A stretch of DNA of 64,000 bases from Candidatus Uhrbacteria bacterium CG10_big_fil_rev_8_21_14_0_10_48_11 (GCA_002793855.1 PFET01000001.1:19520-83519), one strand, 5' to 3'. Positions 27,876 to 39,547 are shown, numbered from the stretch's first letter. The notes: generated from the letters alone by a model not told the origin. Numbers and translations are program-made.

Positions 27876-30404
27876 CTATTCTTCGACAACAAAGTTGATG
27901 AGCTTCCCTTTTCTGACAATTGTTTTACGAATCGTTTTACCCTCTAGCCAGCGGGCGACGTTACTATTTTCTCGGGCGGCAATACGGTACGCTTCTTCGG
28001 AAACATTGGTAGCCATAGTAACCGTACCGCGTAATTTTCCATTTACCTGTACGGCGACTACCGCACTTGCATCCTCAAGGTCTGCCTCATTGTACGTCGG
28101 CCATGGCATATCCCAAATCAAAGTTTTGTCGTCGGCTAATTGCTGCCACAACTCGGCAGTAAGGTGGGGGGCGAATGGCCGCAAGAGAAGCAAAAAAGTT
28201 TTTAGCGTAGGCAAGTCGACGGGTGTTTTTGTTGCTTCTTGTTCATACGCATAGTTTATAAACTCCATCATTGCGGCTACCGCAGTATTAAACCGGAAGA
28301 GTTCGATATCTTCTCCGACTTTTTTGACAAGCTTAGCGAGGCGACGATTTGTTTCAGTTGATGCTACGCCACGGTTTGGCTCTTCGGTGTACGCACCAAA
28401 GGCATACCATACGCGATCAAGAAAACGTCGGACGCCGCTAATGCCTTGCGTATTCCACGGGACAGTATCCGCAAATGGGCCAATAAATAGTTCATAGGTT
28501 CGCATAGTATCTGCGCCATAGGTGGCAACAACCTCATCGGGGTTTACCACGTTACCGCGCGACTTAGACATCTTCTGACCGTCTTCTGCTAAAATCATGC
28601 CGTGGGAGGTGCGCTTGGCATAAGGTTCCGCAGTTGGTACAACGCCAATATCAAACAAAAACTTGTGCCAAAAACGTGAATAGAGAAGATGCAGGGTTGT
28701 GTGCTCCATGCCGCCGTTATACCAATCAACCCCACCGTCGCACGTTGTGCGTTGGGAGGGCGAGCCGGCTTGGCATAGCCAGTAACGTAATTTCTTCATC
28801 GAGGCTAGTTCCTTCTCGTTCTTTGGATCGGCGTAACGCAAGTAGTACCAAGAACTCCCCGCCCAGTTGGGCATGGTATCAGTTTCTCTTTCTGCCGCAC
28901 CGCCACAGCTAGGGCAGGTCGTCTCTACCCACTCACGAATAGCAGCTAGTGGTGATTCGCCAGTATCGGTTGGCTGGTAGCGTTCAACCTCTGGCAGTGT
29001 CACGGGTAATGCTTCCTCAGAAACCGGCACCCAGTCACACTTTTGACAATGCACCATTGGAATGGGCTCGCCCCAATACCGCTGACGCGAGAATACCCAA
29101 TCGCGAAGTTTATACTGCACCTTCTCCTTAGCGCCAATCGCCTCGGCTATTTTTTTTCTCGCTTCACTGGTTGATAGTGAATCAAAATCTTTAGAATTAA
29201 TAAGAAACCCTTCGCCGGCATAAACAGCTGGACTATGATCTGAAAGCTCAAGTGTTTGCAACTCCCCGTCGGTAACTCCTCTAAGTTGCCCTAAACTTGG
29301 TACAACCACATCAATAATCGGTAGTTTATATTTTTCGGCAAATGCCCTGTCGCGCTCGTCATGCGCCGGCACGGCCATGATGGCACCGGTTCCGTAACTG
29401 CCGAGCACGTAGTCGGCAACCCAAACCGGTAACTCCTCGTCGGTGAGTGGATGTACAGCTTTCAGTCCGGTATCGACACCGGTTTTTTCCGCTGTTTCGG
29501 TTCGTTCAAGTTCACGTTTTCTAAGGCTGTCCACGATATAATTGCGAACATCATCCCCCGCCTGCCAGCCGATGTCCATCCAAAACTTTGCCGTTTCCGG
29601 AGACACGACAATAAAGGTAGCTCCGTAGATGGTATCGAGGCGCGTCGTAAAGACACGCACCTCATGCTTATCATTTTCTTGACCAGGAATGCCGCGCAAT
29701 TTAAAAGCAAACTCTGCGCCCTCGCTTTTGCCTATCCAATTTTCTTGCTGGGTACGAATGCGCGGTGCGTAGTCGACCGTTTCGAGATCGTCAAGCAAAC
29801 GCTCGGCGTAGGCCGTGATTTTGAGCATCCACTGCTCTTTCTCTCGCTGCTCTACCGCAGTACCGCACCGTTCGCACTTGCCATCAACTACCTCTTCGTG
29901 TGCCAAACCAATTTTACAAGAAGGGCACCAGTTAATGGTTGCCTTAGCTTTGTAGGCAAGGTCATGCTTCACTAGTTGCAAAAAAATCCATTGCGTCCAC
30001 TTGTAATAGCTTGGGTCGCTCGTGATAACCTCGCGAGACCAATCAAAAGCATAGCCTAAGCTTTTCAGCTGACGCCGAAAATTTTCTATATTCTTTTTGG
30101 TAATCACCGAAGGATGCTGACCGGTTTTGATGGCATAATTTTCCGCAGGCAGCCCAAAGGCGTCAAACCCCATTGGGAACAGTACGTTCTCTCCGTCGGC
30201 GCGGCGTTTGCGAGCAAGCACATCCATCGCCGTGTACGAGCGAGGATGTCCGACGTGCAACCCTTCGCCCGAGGGATACGGAAACTCAACCAAGAGGTAC
30301 GTTTTTTTCTTTTGTTCGTCCTCGGTTACTTGAAAGGTATTGGTTCTTTCCCAGTACTCTTGCCACTTTGAATCAATTGCTTTGTGGTCAAACGGTATTG
30401 GCAT
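27876..30404 (-). CDS. leuS: leucine--tRNA ligase
   Basis: HIGH-type motif PYPSGEGLHVGH and the KMSKS motif, with the LeuS-specific N-terminus (DSKWQEYWE). 842 aa. Confidence 0.95.
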   Translation of the reverse strand: MPIPFDHKAIDSKWQEYWERTNTFQVTEDEQKKKTYLLVEFPYPSGEGLHVGHPRSYTAMDVLARKRRADGENVLFPMGFDAFGLPAENYAIKTGQHPSVITKKNIENFRRQLKSLGYAFDWSREVITSDPSYYKWTQWIFLQLVKHDLAYKAKATINWCPSCKIGLAHEEVVDGKCERCGTAVEQREKEQWMLKITAYAERLLDDLETVDYAPRIRTQQENWIGKSEGAEFAFKLRGIPGQENDKHEVRVFTTRLDTIYGATFIVVSPETAKFWMDIGWQAGDDVRNYIVDSLRKRELERTETAEKTGVDTGLKAVHPLTDEELPVWVADYVLGSYGTGAIMAVPAHDERDRAFAEKYKLPIIDVVVPSLGQLRGVTDGELQTLELSDHSPAVYAGEGFLINSKDFDSLSTSEARKKIAEAIGAKEKVQYKLRDWVFSRQRYWGEPIPMVHCQKCDWVPVSEEALPVTLPEVERYQPTDTGESPLAAIREWVETTCPSCGGAAERETDTMPNWAGSSWYYLRYADPKNEKELASMKKLRYWLCQAGSPSQRTTCDGGVDWYNGGMEHTTLHLLYSRFWHKFLFDIGVVPTAEPYAKRTSHGMILAEDGQKMSKSRGNVVNPDEVVATYGADTMRTYELFIGPFADTVPWNTQGISGVRRFLDRVWYAFGAYTEEPNRGVASTETNRRLAKLVKKVGEDIELFRFNTAVAAMMEFINYAYEQEATKTPVDLPTLKTFLLLLRPFAPHLTAELWQQLADDKTLIWDMPWPTYNEADLEDASAVVAVQVNGKLRGTVTMATNVSEEAYRIAARENSNVARWLEGKTIRKTIVRKGKLINFVVEE

Positions 30405-30405
30405 A

Positions 30406-33210
30406 CTAGAATAGTTTTTTTAGAAACTGTCCGGTGTACGACTGCTTCACCTTGGCAACATCCTTTGGTGTACCTGCCGCCACTACTTCACCGCCACCAA
30501 CGCCACCCTCTGGTCCAAGATCGATGAGCCAATCGGCAGATTTGATAACGTCAAGATTGTGCTCAATAACCAAAATTGAATTACCCTTATCAACCAAACG
30601 CTGCAACACCGTCAGTAGGTGGCGCACATCTTCAAAATGCAGTCCGGTTGTCGGCTCATCGAGAATGTAGAGTGTCTTGCCGGTTGCACGACGCGAGAGC
30701 TCTGTTGCCAGTTTTACCCGTTGCGCTTCCCCGCCGGAAAGCGTAGTCGCTGGCTGACCAAGATGGATGTAGCCGAGCCCAACATCATAAAGCGTATCAA
30801 GTTTGCTCTTAATCGAAGGGATGTTCTGGAAAAAATCTTTTGCCTCTTCAACGGTCATATTGAGCACCTCAGCAATATTTTTTCCTCGATAATGAATTTC
30901 TAACGCTGAAGCATTGTAGCGCGTACCATGACATTCATCACAATCAACGTAAACGTCAGCCAAAAACTGCATCTCGATTGCCACCTGACCTTCCCCTTGG
31001 CATGCCTCGCAGCGACCACCCTTTACGTTAAAACTAAACCGCCCCGGCTTGTACCCCCGAATGTTTGATTCAGGAAGTCCGGCGAATAAGTCTCGAATCG
31101 GCGTAAAAAGACCGGTATAGGTCGCCGGGTTGGATCGCGGCGTGCGGCCGATTGGTGACTGGTCAATGGTAATAACTTTATCAAGATGCTCTAACCCGCG
31201 AATGGCTCGATGTTTGCCGGGATTATCTTTAGCGCGATAAAACTTTTGTGCCAACGCTTTGGATAAAATCTCGGTAACCAGCGTTGACTTGCCGGACCCA
31301 GAAACACCGGACACCACAACCAACTCCCCTAGCGGAATGGTAACGTCAATATTTTTTAAGTTGAACTCGGCTGCGCCAAGAATGGTAAGCTCTTTCCCGT
31401 TACCTTTGCGGTAACTCTTTGGCGCGGCAATAGAACGCTTACCAGAAAGATACTGGCCGGTAAGTGATTTTTCGTTCTTAGCAACAGCACTTGGAGAACC
31501 CTGGGCAACAACCCGACCACCGTGCTTCCCGGCACCGGGACCGATGTCGATAAGTTCATCGGCCGCGCGCATGGTATCTTCATCGTGCTCAACAACGATA
31601 ACGGTGTTTCCAAGATCACGAAGGGACTTTAGGGTAGCGATGAGCCGTGCATTGTCGCGCTGATGCAGTCCAATTGATGGTTCATCCAAAATGTAGATGA
31701 CGCCGACAAGGCTTGAGCCGATTTGCGTAGCCAAACGGATACGCTGCGCCTCACCGCCAGAAAGGGTGGTCGCCGAACGGTCTAGCGTTAGGTAATCAAG
31801 ACCGACGTTGTGCAAAAAATCGAGACGTGCTCGTATCTCTTTTAAAATCTGCTTAGCGATTTCCTGTTCTTTTTTATTGAGTGGGGTTTCTTTACTATCA
31901 AGACTTGCGAAAAAATCGATTGACCGATCAATACTGAGCATCGTGACGTCGGCAATAGAACGATTTCCGACCGTAACACCAAGCACCTCTGCTTTTAATC
32001 GCTTACCGCCGCAGCTCGGGCAGATCGACACCCGCATATACCCCTCAATCTCGTTTCGGAAATAATCAGAATCCGTGTCCTGATATCTACGCTCTAGGAA
32101 AGGGATGACTCCCTCAAAATCATTCTCCGTATCACCGTAGAGCACATATTGGAGGTCACTTTTCTTCATAGTACCAACCGGCACCGTCAGAGAAAACTTT
32201 CGTTTCTTTGCCACGGTTTCCAGTTTCGACATATGCCAATACTGACTGGCGGCTGAACGCGACCATGGTCTGATGGCACCCTCGGCAATAGACAGCCGCG
32301 GGTTGGGCATAACAAACTCTGGATCAATTTCTTGTTTCGTTCCGAGCCCGGTACATTTGGGACACGCACCGTGGGGACTGTTAAATGAAAAGTTGCGAGG
32401 TTCAAGTTCCGGCAAATCAATACCGCAGGCCGCACATGCCAAATGTTCACTCATTAAGTGATCGGTCTCGTTTGTAGTCTCGTGAACAACAACGAGGCCA
32501 TTACCTAAATCAAGCGACTGTTCAACCGCTTCGCGAAGTCGTGTCGCCACGTCACTCCCGACTGGTTTGCCTGCGAGTGGCAAGGCTACGCGATCAATGA
32601 CCACGTCAAGACTATGCTTTTTTTGTTTGTCGACCGGTAAGGCGTCTGCTTCTGACAGGGTATAAAAAAAGCCATCAAAACGAACTCGAGCGTAGCCGGC
32701 TTTTTCCAACTCTTTTAAGATTTTTTTGTGCTCCCCTTTTTGATCACGAACAACGGGCGCCATAACCATCACTTGCTCAGTATTCAGCTTAAGAATGCGG
32801 GCAACAATTTGTGCGACGGTTTGTCGAGAAATTTCTTCACCGCAATTCGGACAGTGTGGATGTCCGGTGCGAGCAAAAAGAAGCCGAAGGTAATCATAAA
32901 TTTCTGTGACCGTACCCACCGTAGAGCGAGGATTGTGCGAAACGGACTTTTGATCAATTGAAATCGCCGGAGAAAGTCCGTCTATTTGATCAACGTCCGG
33001 CTTATCCATAAGCCCCAAGAACTGTCGTGCGTAGGCAGACAGTGATTCAACGTAACGACGTTGCCCCTCGGCATAAATGGTGTCGAACGCCAACGACGAC
33101 TTACCGGAACCCGACAAACCGGTCAACACGACCAGCTTGTCGCGGGGGATCGTGACATCAATGTTCTGTAAATTGTGGACGCGGGCACCGCGAATGACTA
33201 TTGGCATCAA
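30406..33210 (-). CDS. uvrA: excinuclease ABC subunit UvrA
   Basis: Two ABC ATPase modules ([34 protein letters not shown] and a second [11 protein letters not shown]), LSGGE signatures and Zn-finger cysteines. 934 aa. Confidence 0.95.
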   Translation of the reverse strand: MMPIVIRGARVHNLQNIDVTIPRDKLVVLTGLSGSGKSSLAFDTIYAEGQRRYVESLSAYARQFLGLMDKPDVDQIDGLSPAISIDQKSVSHNPRSTVGTVTEIYDYLRLLFARTGHPHCPNCGEEISRQTVAQIVARILKLNTEQVMVMAPVVRDQKGEHKKILKELEKAGYARVRFDGFFYTLSEADALPVDKQKKHSLDVVIDRVALPLAGKPVGSDVATRLREAVEQSLDLGNGLVVVHETTNETDHLMSEHLACAACGIDLPELEPRNFSFNSPHGACPKCTGLGTKQEIDPEFVMPNPRLSIAEGAIRPWSRSAASQYWHMSKLETVAKKRKFSLTVPVGTMKKSDLQYVLYGDTENDFEGVIPFLERRYQDTDSDYFRNEIEGYMRVSICPSCGGKRLKAEVLGVTVGNRSIADVTMLSIDRSIDFFASLDSKETPLNKKEQEIAKQILKEIRARLDFLHNVGLDYLTLDRSATTLSGGEAQRIRLATQIGSSLVGVIYILDEPSIGLHQRDNARLIATLKSLRDLGNTVIVVEHDEDTMRAADELIDIGPGAGKHGGRVVAQGSPSAVAKNEKSLTGQYLSGKRSIAAPKSYRKGNGKELTILGAAEFNLKNIDVTIPLGELVVVSGVSGSGKSTLVTEILSKALAQKFYRAKDNPGKHRAIRGLEHLDKVITIDQSPIGRTPRSNPATYTGLFTPIRDLFAGLPESNIRGYKPGRFSFNVKGGRCEACQGEGQVAIEMQFLADVYVDCDECHGTRYNASALEIHYRGKNIAEVLNMTVEEAKDFFQNIPSIKSKLDTLYDVGLGYIHLGQPATTLSGGEAQRVKLATELSRRATGKTLYILDEPTTGLHFEDVRHLLTVLQRLVDKGNSILVIEHNLDVIKSADWLIDLGPEGGVGGGEVVAAGTPKDVAKVKQSYTGQFLKKLF

Positions 33211-33224
33211 AATTTTCTCTTCCC

Positions 33225-34004
33225 TTATGGAGTACAGCTACTACACTCTGGAATAGTGTTCCCGCTGAAAGCACTTACCGCCTCTTCGCATGAATCAAAA
33301 TCTGGAGGGTGTAGATACGCAGTTGTTCCCTCAGGACAGGTCTCTCCGTCCTGTGGCACGATTAACGCTTCAACGTTAAAGCAAATACCATAACCAGGGC
33401 AGGCTGGATTTGTGGTTTGACGCACGCAACAAGTAAAAGTTCCCGGCAGCGGTCGCTCGCAATAACAATTGGTGCCCGCTACTTCTCCACCGCAATATTG
33501 ATCAGCGTCAACTGGGCCATCGTAAAAAAAGAATGGGGTATCCGCCGGACGTTCTTGGTAATTATTACAACCCTGTACGACAGCCGTACGTGGTTCCCTG
33601 ACAACTGTCGGTATTCTCAATTCGTTAAATCTGACTAAATTAGGATTGATCGTATTCAAAAGCACCCACGAGAGCAGTAAAAGAACGTAACCAGAAAGCG
33701 CACCGCCGATATGGGTCTTTGCTTGCTCAATTCTTGACGTATTACCGGCAGCGGTCAGCCACAAGAAACCACCAATCATTAGCACAATGGCGGAAAGTAC
33801 CCCGCCAGCGTAGACTGAAAAAGTATAGACGGCGATAATATACGACCCTATGGAATCATTATCAATAAAGATTGTTTGGTTTGCCGCTCCGAAACCCGGC
33901 AGACCTATCTGCAGTTGCAACGGTATCGCGGCCCAGGCTTGCAGACCAAAGAAAACGCCGAGAGCAACCAGACTAGCAATGAAAAGATAGGTTTGTTTCC
34001 TCAT
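33225..34004 (-). CDS. exported Cys-rich membrane protein (signal peptide, two TM helices, C-terminal ~130 aa domain with about 12 Cys)
   Basis: Signal peptide [25 protein letters not shown] and a cysteine-dense C-terminus (CNNYQ..CGGE..CYCE..CCVRQ..CPGYGIC..CPEG..CSSC). It abuts the DsbA gene. Confidence 0.5.
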   Translation of the reverse strand: MRKQTYLFIASLVALGVFFGLQAWAAIPLQLQIGLPGFGAANQTIFIDNDSIGSYIIAVYTFSVYAGGVLSAIVLMIGGFLWLTAAGNTSRIEQAKTHIGGALSGYVLLLLSWVLLNTINPNLVRFNELRIPTVVREPRTAVVQGCNNYQERPADTPFFFYDGPVDADQYCGGEVAGTNCYCERPLPGTFTCCVRQTTNPACPGYGICFNVEALIVPQDGETCPEGTTAYLHPPDFDSCEEAVSAFSGNTIPECSSCTP

Positions 34005-34006
34005 AC

Positions 34007-34756
34007 CTACTGCGTAGTAATGAACACCTCAATAATTTTCCGAAAGAGGTCGGCAGGAATTGCTCCTTCTATTTTGTGACCGTTAATAAACCAGGTCGGC
34101 GTACCCCGAACCCCAAGTGCCGTACCGTCGACGACATCTCGAGCAACCGCACTCTGCTGCTGATGATTCGTAAGACAGGTGTTAAACGTTTGGCTGTTCA
34201 TACCAACCTGCACGGCATAACGTTCGAGACTCGTTTGGTCTAACGCCGACTGGTTTAGAAATAACTTATCATGATAAATTAAAAACATATCTTGAGCAGC
34301 TGCACAGAGCGATGCCTCGGCAGCTAAGGGTGCGTCAGGGTGAAGGGAGACGACCGGAAACTGACGATAAACAAAACGCAACTTCCCTTCGTAGATTGAC
34401 ATCAACGACCGAATGACAGGAAATGACTCCTCGCAAAATGGGCACTGGAAATCAGCAAACTCTACAATGGTCACCGGCGCATCGCTTGGTCCGACTACTG
34501 GACTGTCCTCACGAATCAGCTTGTCTGCGTCAGCCGAACTAATGGCTGGCGGTAAACTACTTACACTTAGTGCGCCGCTATTTTGGTCTGCGGGAATGGT
34601 AGTTGCCAATCGGCTATAAATCCGCGGCCCGAGAGCCATCACCAACAAAAAGAAAACTACCGCAAGTAAAAGTAGGACGATGCCCCACCACCGTCGCCAC
34701 CATGGCGTGGCAGCGGGTGTGATAAATTCGGATGGTTCGGTTGAAAAATCGCTCAC
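34007..34756 (-). CDS. membrane-anchored DsbA-family thiol:disulfide oxidoreductase
   Basis: N-terminal TM anchor and a thioredoxin-fold CPFC active site within FADFQCPFCEE. Confidence 0.8.
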   Translation of the reverse strand: MSDFSTEPSEFITPAATPWWRRWWGIVLLLLAVVFFLLVMALGPRIYSRLATTIPADQNSGALSVSSLPPAISSADADKLIREDSPVVGPSDAPVTIVEFADFQCPFCEESFPVIRSLMSIYEGKLRFVYRQFPVVSLHPDAPLAAEASLCAAAQDMFLIYHDKLFLNQSALDQTSLERYAVQVGMNSQTFNTCLTNHQQQSAVARDVVDGTALGVRGTPTWFINGHKIEGAIPADLFRKIIEVFITTQ

Positions 34757-35045
34757 AGTTGCGAAGTACTAGATAAAATAGGTACACTATAAACACACGG
34801 TAGTATAACCGTATCATTCTTTTAGAAAATCAGAAATGAAACGGCGGTATGCAAGTCTACCATATAGTGAGGCTGCTGTCTATTGTTATGCGAGGACAAA
34901 AACAAACCGACGAAGAAGTTAGTATTCCGGCAGCTAGAAGTGCTCGCTGGAAACGACGCGATCGCCAGGCAAACCCAAAGATGAAAGTAAGTGGACGAGG
35001 AACAAGAACACTCGCCGCGCGGCTACAAAATCAGAAAAAGCGAGG

Positions 35046-35080
35046 TTGACAGCACAAACACATTATGCTACAGTCATCAT
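35046..35080 (+). promoter_or_regulatory. sigma70-like promoter upstream of secG
   Basis: TTGACA, a 17 nt spacer, then TACAGT. The secG ATG is at 35133. Confidence 0.45.
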
Positions 35081-35132
35081 TCAGTAACTGGTAATTATTC
35101 AAGCACGGCCTGCGGGCTTTTCTTTTTTATCT

Positions 35133-35360
35133 ATGGATCAGCTAAAAACAATTCTCCCAATAGTTCAGATTGTCATATCAATACTCCTCATTATTACCGT
35201 TCTTCTACAGCAACGAGGTAGTGAGGTCGGTGGCGCATTTGGTGGTGGTGGCGGCGCGGTCTACCGAACGAAACGTGGTATCGAAAAAACTCTTTTCCGT
35301 GCAACTATTGCTCTCGGCATATTGTTCGCAGGCGCATCACTTTTGCGACTGCTCATCTAG
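35133..35360 (+). CDS. secG: preprotein translocase subunit SecG
   Basis: 75 aa with the SecG hallmark LLQQRGSEVGGAFGGGGGAV lying between two TM helices. Confidence 0.8.
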   Translation: MDQLKTILPIVQIVISILLIITVLLQQRGSEVGGAFGGGGGAVYRTKRGIEKTLFRATIALGILFAGASLLRLLI

Positions 35361-35407
35361 TTCGTCGCGAGCCGGCGCGGTAGCACACGTCCGGCACCAT
35401 TTTTTAT

Positions 35408-37219
35408 ATGGAACAACCGCATCATTCTGAGGCTGAACGTACTGAATCAAGATCGTCCGTTACTCACGGCGTACGCAAATTGTTGCCGAAAAATTTTCTT
35501 CTACGTCTACAAAAAACTGGACAAGTACTACCCTCAGCGAGACAGCTTGTACACGCAGCAAATATTTTTTCAAAGCGTGAACGACAAATTCTTGCAACCT
35601 GTTTCGCCCTCATTACGGCATCGGTCATCTGGCTTGGTGTTAACCAAGTAAGTGCTCATCTTACGGCTGACCCCGCAACTGGTGGCACGTATCAAGAGGC
35701 ACTTGTCGGGCAGCCAAGATTTTTGAACCCAGTGTTTGCTGGTGCGCAGGCGGTAGATGTTGACCTTACGCGTCTCATCTTCTCCGGACTTTTCCGTTAC
35801 GACAAAAACTTAAAACCCGTACCCGATTTAACCGCCTCCTACTCAATTAGCGATGATGGTCGTTCGTATACGGTTGTGCTGCGTGACGATGTGCTGTGGC
35901 ACGACAACGAACCGCTTACCATTGACGACGTCGTCTTCACTTACGAAAGCCTGACTGACCCTGACCTTAGGAGCCCGCTTGGGGCAACCTTCCGCGGAGT
36001 AGTCATTGAACGCGTTGACGACCACACCATCCGTTTCACTCTCAAAGAACCCTACACGGGTTTTCTGGATGCCTTGACGGTGGGCATTATTCCGCAACAC
36101 ATTTGGGGAAGCATCCCTACTACGCAATGGCGCCTTGCCGATTTCAACATTCGACCGGTAGGAAGCGGGCCGTGGCAGTTCGCCAGTCTTAACCAAGACA
36201 GAGACGGTTTCATTAAAAGCTACTCACTAACTCAAGCAGACAGCTTGCCAAACACCGGCTACCTCGACCGATTGGTCTTTAAATTTTTTGCCGATGAACC
36301 TTCAGCCATTCAAGCTCTTAAAAATCATAGCGTTGACGGCTTTGCTCTACTCTCTTCTGACGGCCTCAAAGAGCTTAGTCATGGCGAAGGCGGATTCACT
36401 CACTACGATCTCCGTTTGCCGGCGGTGAGTGCCGTCTTCTTTAACCTAGGGCAATCCGGACCACTGACCACACTGGCTATCCGCCAAGCGTTAGACATGG
36501 CAATCGATCGCCGAGCATTGGTTCTTGACGCCCTACTGGGAGAAGCAACTGTTAGCACCGGACCGCTACCGGCAACTTTAATAAATAACGACATAAAGGA
36601 TAGTCCTCATTTTGATAAAGCAGCGGCTGAAAAATTGCTTGACCAATCAGGATGGAAGCGAGACGGTGACGTGCGAAAAAATAAAAAAGGAGAACCGCTG
36701 AACGTAACGTTGACCGTTATTGACCGAGACCCAGACCGCACTGCTGGTCAGTTCATCCAAGCTGCCTGGCAGGCTATTGGCGTCAGTACAAAAATTGATC
36801 TCATCTCGCCAGCCACGCCAACGAATGTACAGCGTAGCGTTCTCCGCCCTCGTGCCTACCAAGCACTCCTCTATACCATCGTCTACGGCGCTTGGACCGA
36901 CCCCTACCCCTTCTGGCACTCCTCGCAACGTGTTGACCCCGGACTCAACCTTTCGCTCTTCAGTAATGATGCCGCGGACAAAGCCATAGAAACAATCCGC
37001 CGTGCACAGGATGATGCTACTGCCAGCAAAAGTTACGAGGCATTACGCAACGCCATCGATGACACTGTACCTGCCGCATTTCTCTACACGCCAGTTCGAC
37101 AGTACATTATTTCTGATGACGTCCGTGGCATTATGGTAACGAAGGTAGCGAGCCTCGCTGATCGTTTTAATGACATTGCTTCTTGGTACACCAAAACAAA
37201 TCAACGACTTACCTGGTAA
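35408..37219 (+). CDS. ABC transporter substrate-binding protein, family 5 (peptide/oligopeptide type)
   Basis: 603 aa with an N-terminal TM anchor. The cluster-C SBP fold is inferred from length and conserved W/Y-rich segments. No permease or ATPase genes lie next to it. Confidence 0.7.
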   Translation: MEQPHHSEAERTESRSSVTHGVRKLLPKNFLLRLQKTGQVLPSARQLVHAANIFSKRERQILATCFALITASVIWLGVNQVSAHLTADPATGGTYQEALVGQPRFLNPVFAGAQAVDVDLTRLIFSGLFRYDKNLKPVPDLTASYSISDDGRSYTVVLRDDVLWHDNEPLTIDDVVFTYESLTDPDLRSPLGATFRGVVIERVDDHTIRFTLKEPYTGFLDALTVGIIPQHIWGSIPTTQWRLADFNIRPVGSGPWQFASLNQDRDGFIKSYSLTQADSLPNTGYLDRLVFKFFADEPSAIQALKNHSVDGFALLSSDGLKELSHGEGGFTHYDLRLPAVSAVFFNLGQSGPLTTLAIRQALDMAIDRRALVLDALLGEATVSTGPLPATLINNDIKDSPHFDKAAAEKLLDQSGWKRDGDVRKNKKGEPLNVTLTVIDRDPDRTAGQFIQAAWQAIGVSTKIDLISPATPTNVQRSVLRPRAYQALLYTIVYGAWTDPYPFWHSSQRVDPGLNLSLFSNDAADKAIETIRRAQDDATASKSYEALRNAIDDTVPAAFLYTPVRQYIISDDVRGIMVTKVASLADRFNDIASWYTKTNQRLTW

Positions 37220-37304
37220 CAAGACAGTGCATGATGTTCATGCTATCGTAGGCAGAACATAGTTCCTCGTTTCGGTTTCGTTCTTTTCAGTTTAAGCACC
37301 CTCT

Positions 37305-37391
37305 GCAGGCGTGGCGGAATTGGTATACGCGTACGCTTCAGGAGCGTATGAGAGCAATCTCGTGAGGGTTCGAGTCCCTCCGCCTGCACCA
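37305..37391 (+). tRNA. tRNA-Leu (CAG)
   Basis: Acceptor gcaggcg/cgcctgc, anticodon loop ttCAGga, long variable arm, T arm gaggg-ttcgagt-ccctc, CCA encoded. Confidence 0.9.
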
Positions 37392-37732
37392 ATAACGTTG
37401 GTTACGACTTTGTCGTAACCTATAAGAGGTTTCTAGTCCCGCGAGCACGCGGGGCACCAGGTACGTTTGTCCCGCGAGTGCTCCGTGCACCATTCTTCGT
37501 TCTCCGAGCTACGAATGGCACGCCATCCATTCGTTTCAGCTTCGGATGGCGCGGCCAGTTAAGAGCAAAGACCAAAAAGTCCCTCAAGGCTGCGGTAGGC
37601 AGATTTTCTTATTGCACGACACGGTAAAACTTTTCCTTTTAGATTTTCCGTTTCTTTATTCATTTTTATTAATCTTATTTTTTGGTGACACGTTTCCCGT
37701 TAGGATTTGTGCGCCACTACAATGACATACGT

Positions 37733-39547
37733 ATGACAGAACAAAACACGTTCAAAAGCCGGCCCTCTCGCGGGCAGGGCCGCTACCGATATCGGGGCGC
37801 AAAAGCTGCTACTGGCGGCAAGCGAGAACGAACAGAAACCACTCAACGCTCGACTCCATCAATGGCGAGCGGTGCTACCCCCAAGGGAACGCTTCGGGTC
37901 ATCCCCATAGGTGGGCTGGAAGAAATTGGTCGCAACTGTACCATCTTCGAGTACGGTGAGGATATCATCGTGGTCGATATGGGCATCCAATTCCCGGAAG
38001 AAGACATGCCGGGGATTGATTTCATTATTCCGAATCTTGCCTATCTCAAGGGTAAAGAAAAACGGATCCGCGGTGTCTTTATTACCCATGGACACATGGA
38101 CCACCTTGGTGCCATCCCCTACCTGATGCAGCAAATCGGCAACCCGCCAATTTACGCCGCACCGCTGACGCTAGGCATTATTCAACGTCGACAGGAAGAA
38201 TTTCCGCGGGCACCAAAACTGCATCTCATAAAAATAGACTCAACAAAGCGTGTTCCGGTTGGCAAGCACTTCGTTATCGAGCCTTTCCACGTTAATCACA
38301 ACATTACCGACGCCTTCGGACTTCTCATTCACACACCGGTCGGCACCATTGCGACTACTGGCGACTTTAAGTTTGACTACACACCAGTAGACGAAAAACC
38401 AGCGGAAATCGCACGCCTCGCAGAAGTCGGCAGCAAAGGAATACTCGCGCTAATGGCGGACAGCACCAACGCAAACTCGCCGGGACATCAAATTTCAGAA
38501 AAAGATGTTGGCGAAAATCTTGAACAGCTCATCAGAAAAGCCGATGGTCGTATTATTATCGGTGCTTTTGCTTCTCTCTTAACAAGGCACCAGCAGGTTA
38601 TTGATATTGCCGAAAAAGTGGAACGTAAAGTATTGCTGCTGGGTCGAAGCATCCACAACTACGTTGAAATTGCCCAGCGCCTTAAATACTTCAAAGTCCC
38701 TAAAGGCATTCTCATTGAAGAAGCTGATTTTAATAAATTGCCTGACAATAAAGTACTTGTCATCTGCACGGGGGCCATGGGACAGAAGAACTCCGCCTTA
38801 ATGCGCATCGCCAGTAACGAACACCGCTTAATCACGCTCAAAAAAGGCGACACTATTCTCTTCTCGTCGTCAGTCATTCCGGGTAACGAACGAACGGTAG
38901 AGCGACTGCAAGACTCGCTGGTTCGCAAAGGGGCAACCGTCTACAACAACGCAATGATGGACATTCACACTGGGGGTCACGCCAAACAAGAAGATCTCAA
39001 GTTGCTCCATCGACTTATTCGACCGAAGTATTTCATCCCTATCCACGGTAACCACTTCCGGCTCAAGGTACATGGTAATTTAGCGATTGAAACGGGCGTT
39101 GACCCAAAAAATGTTTTCATCGCGGACAACGGACAGATTATAGAGTTTACTAAAACAGGCGGCACGCTCACTAAAAAGCACGTCCCCGCTGATCACGTTT
39201 TTGTCGACGGTCTTGGTGTTGGCGATGTTTCAAATGTCGTCCTGCGAGAACGGCAAGCAATGGCCGAGGAAGGTATGTTCGTTATCATTGTAACGATAGA
39301 TGGCAAAACTGGACGAGCCATTGGCGAGCCAGATATTATCTCTCGCGGATTCATCTATATGAAAGAAAACGCGCGCTTAATTGGTAAGGTGCATGATAAG
39401 GTGAAAAAAATTCTTGACGAACCAAAAAAGGACACGCCTGCTTTTGACGCCTTCATCAGAGAGAAAATTAGAAACGAGATTGGTCAACTACTCTATGCCA
39501 ACACCCGTCGCCGACCAATGGTGTTGCCGGTTGTGAACGAAGTGTAG
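37733..39547 (+). CDS. rnj: ribonuclease J (beta-CASP metallo-beta-lactamase)
   Basis: HGHMDHLGA motif, the beta-CASP region, and the RNase J-type N-terminus (LRVIPIGGLEEIGRNCTIFEY). An Arg-rich N-terminal extension is present. The start was chosen at MTEQ (37733). Confidence 0.88.
   Translation: MTEQNTFKSRPSRGQGRYRYRGAKAATGGKRERTETTQRSTPSMASGATPKGTLRVIPIGGLEEIGRNCTIFEYGEDIIVVDMGIQFPEEDMPGIDFIIPNLAYLKGKEKRIRGVFITHGHMDHLGAIPYLMQQIGNPPIYAAPLTLGIIQRRQEEFPRAPKLHLIKIDSTKRVPVGKHFVIEPFHVNHNITDAFGLLIHTPVGTIATTGDFKFDYTPVDEKPAEIARLAEVGSKGILALMADSTNANSPGHQISEKDVGENLEQLIRKADGRIIIGAFASLLTRHQQVIDIAEKVERKVLLLGRSIHNYVEIAQRLKYFKVPKGILIEEADFNKLPDNKVLVICTGAMGQKNSALMRIASNEHRLITLKKGDTILFSSSVIPGNERTVERLQDSLVRKGATVYNNAMMDIHTGGHAKQEDLKLLHRLIRPKYFIPIHGNHFRLKVHGNLAIETGVDPKNVFIADNGQIIEFTKTGGTLTKKHVPADHVFVDGLGVGDVSNVVLRERQAMAEEGMFVIIVTIDGKTGRAIGEPDIISRGFIYMKENARLIGKVHDKVKKILDEPKKDTPAFDAFIREKIRNEIGQLLYANTRRRPMVLPVVNEV

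Noticed and set aside
29451-29975. 174 aa plus-strand ORF
   Set aside because: Antisense to leuS.
35170-35430. 86 aa ORF overlapping secG in another frame
   Set aside because: secG has the canonical motif in its own frame. The overlap is spurious.
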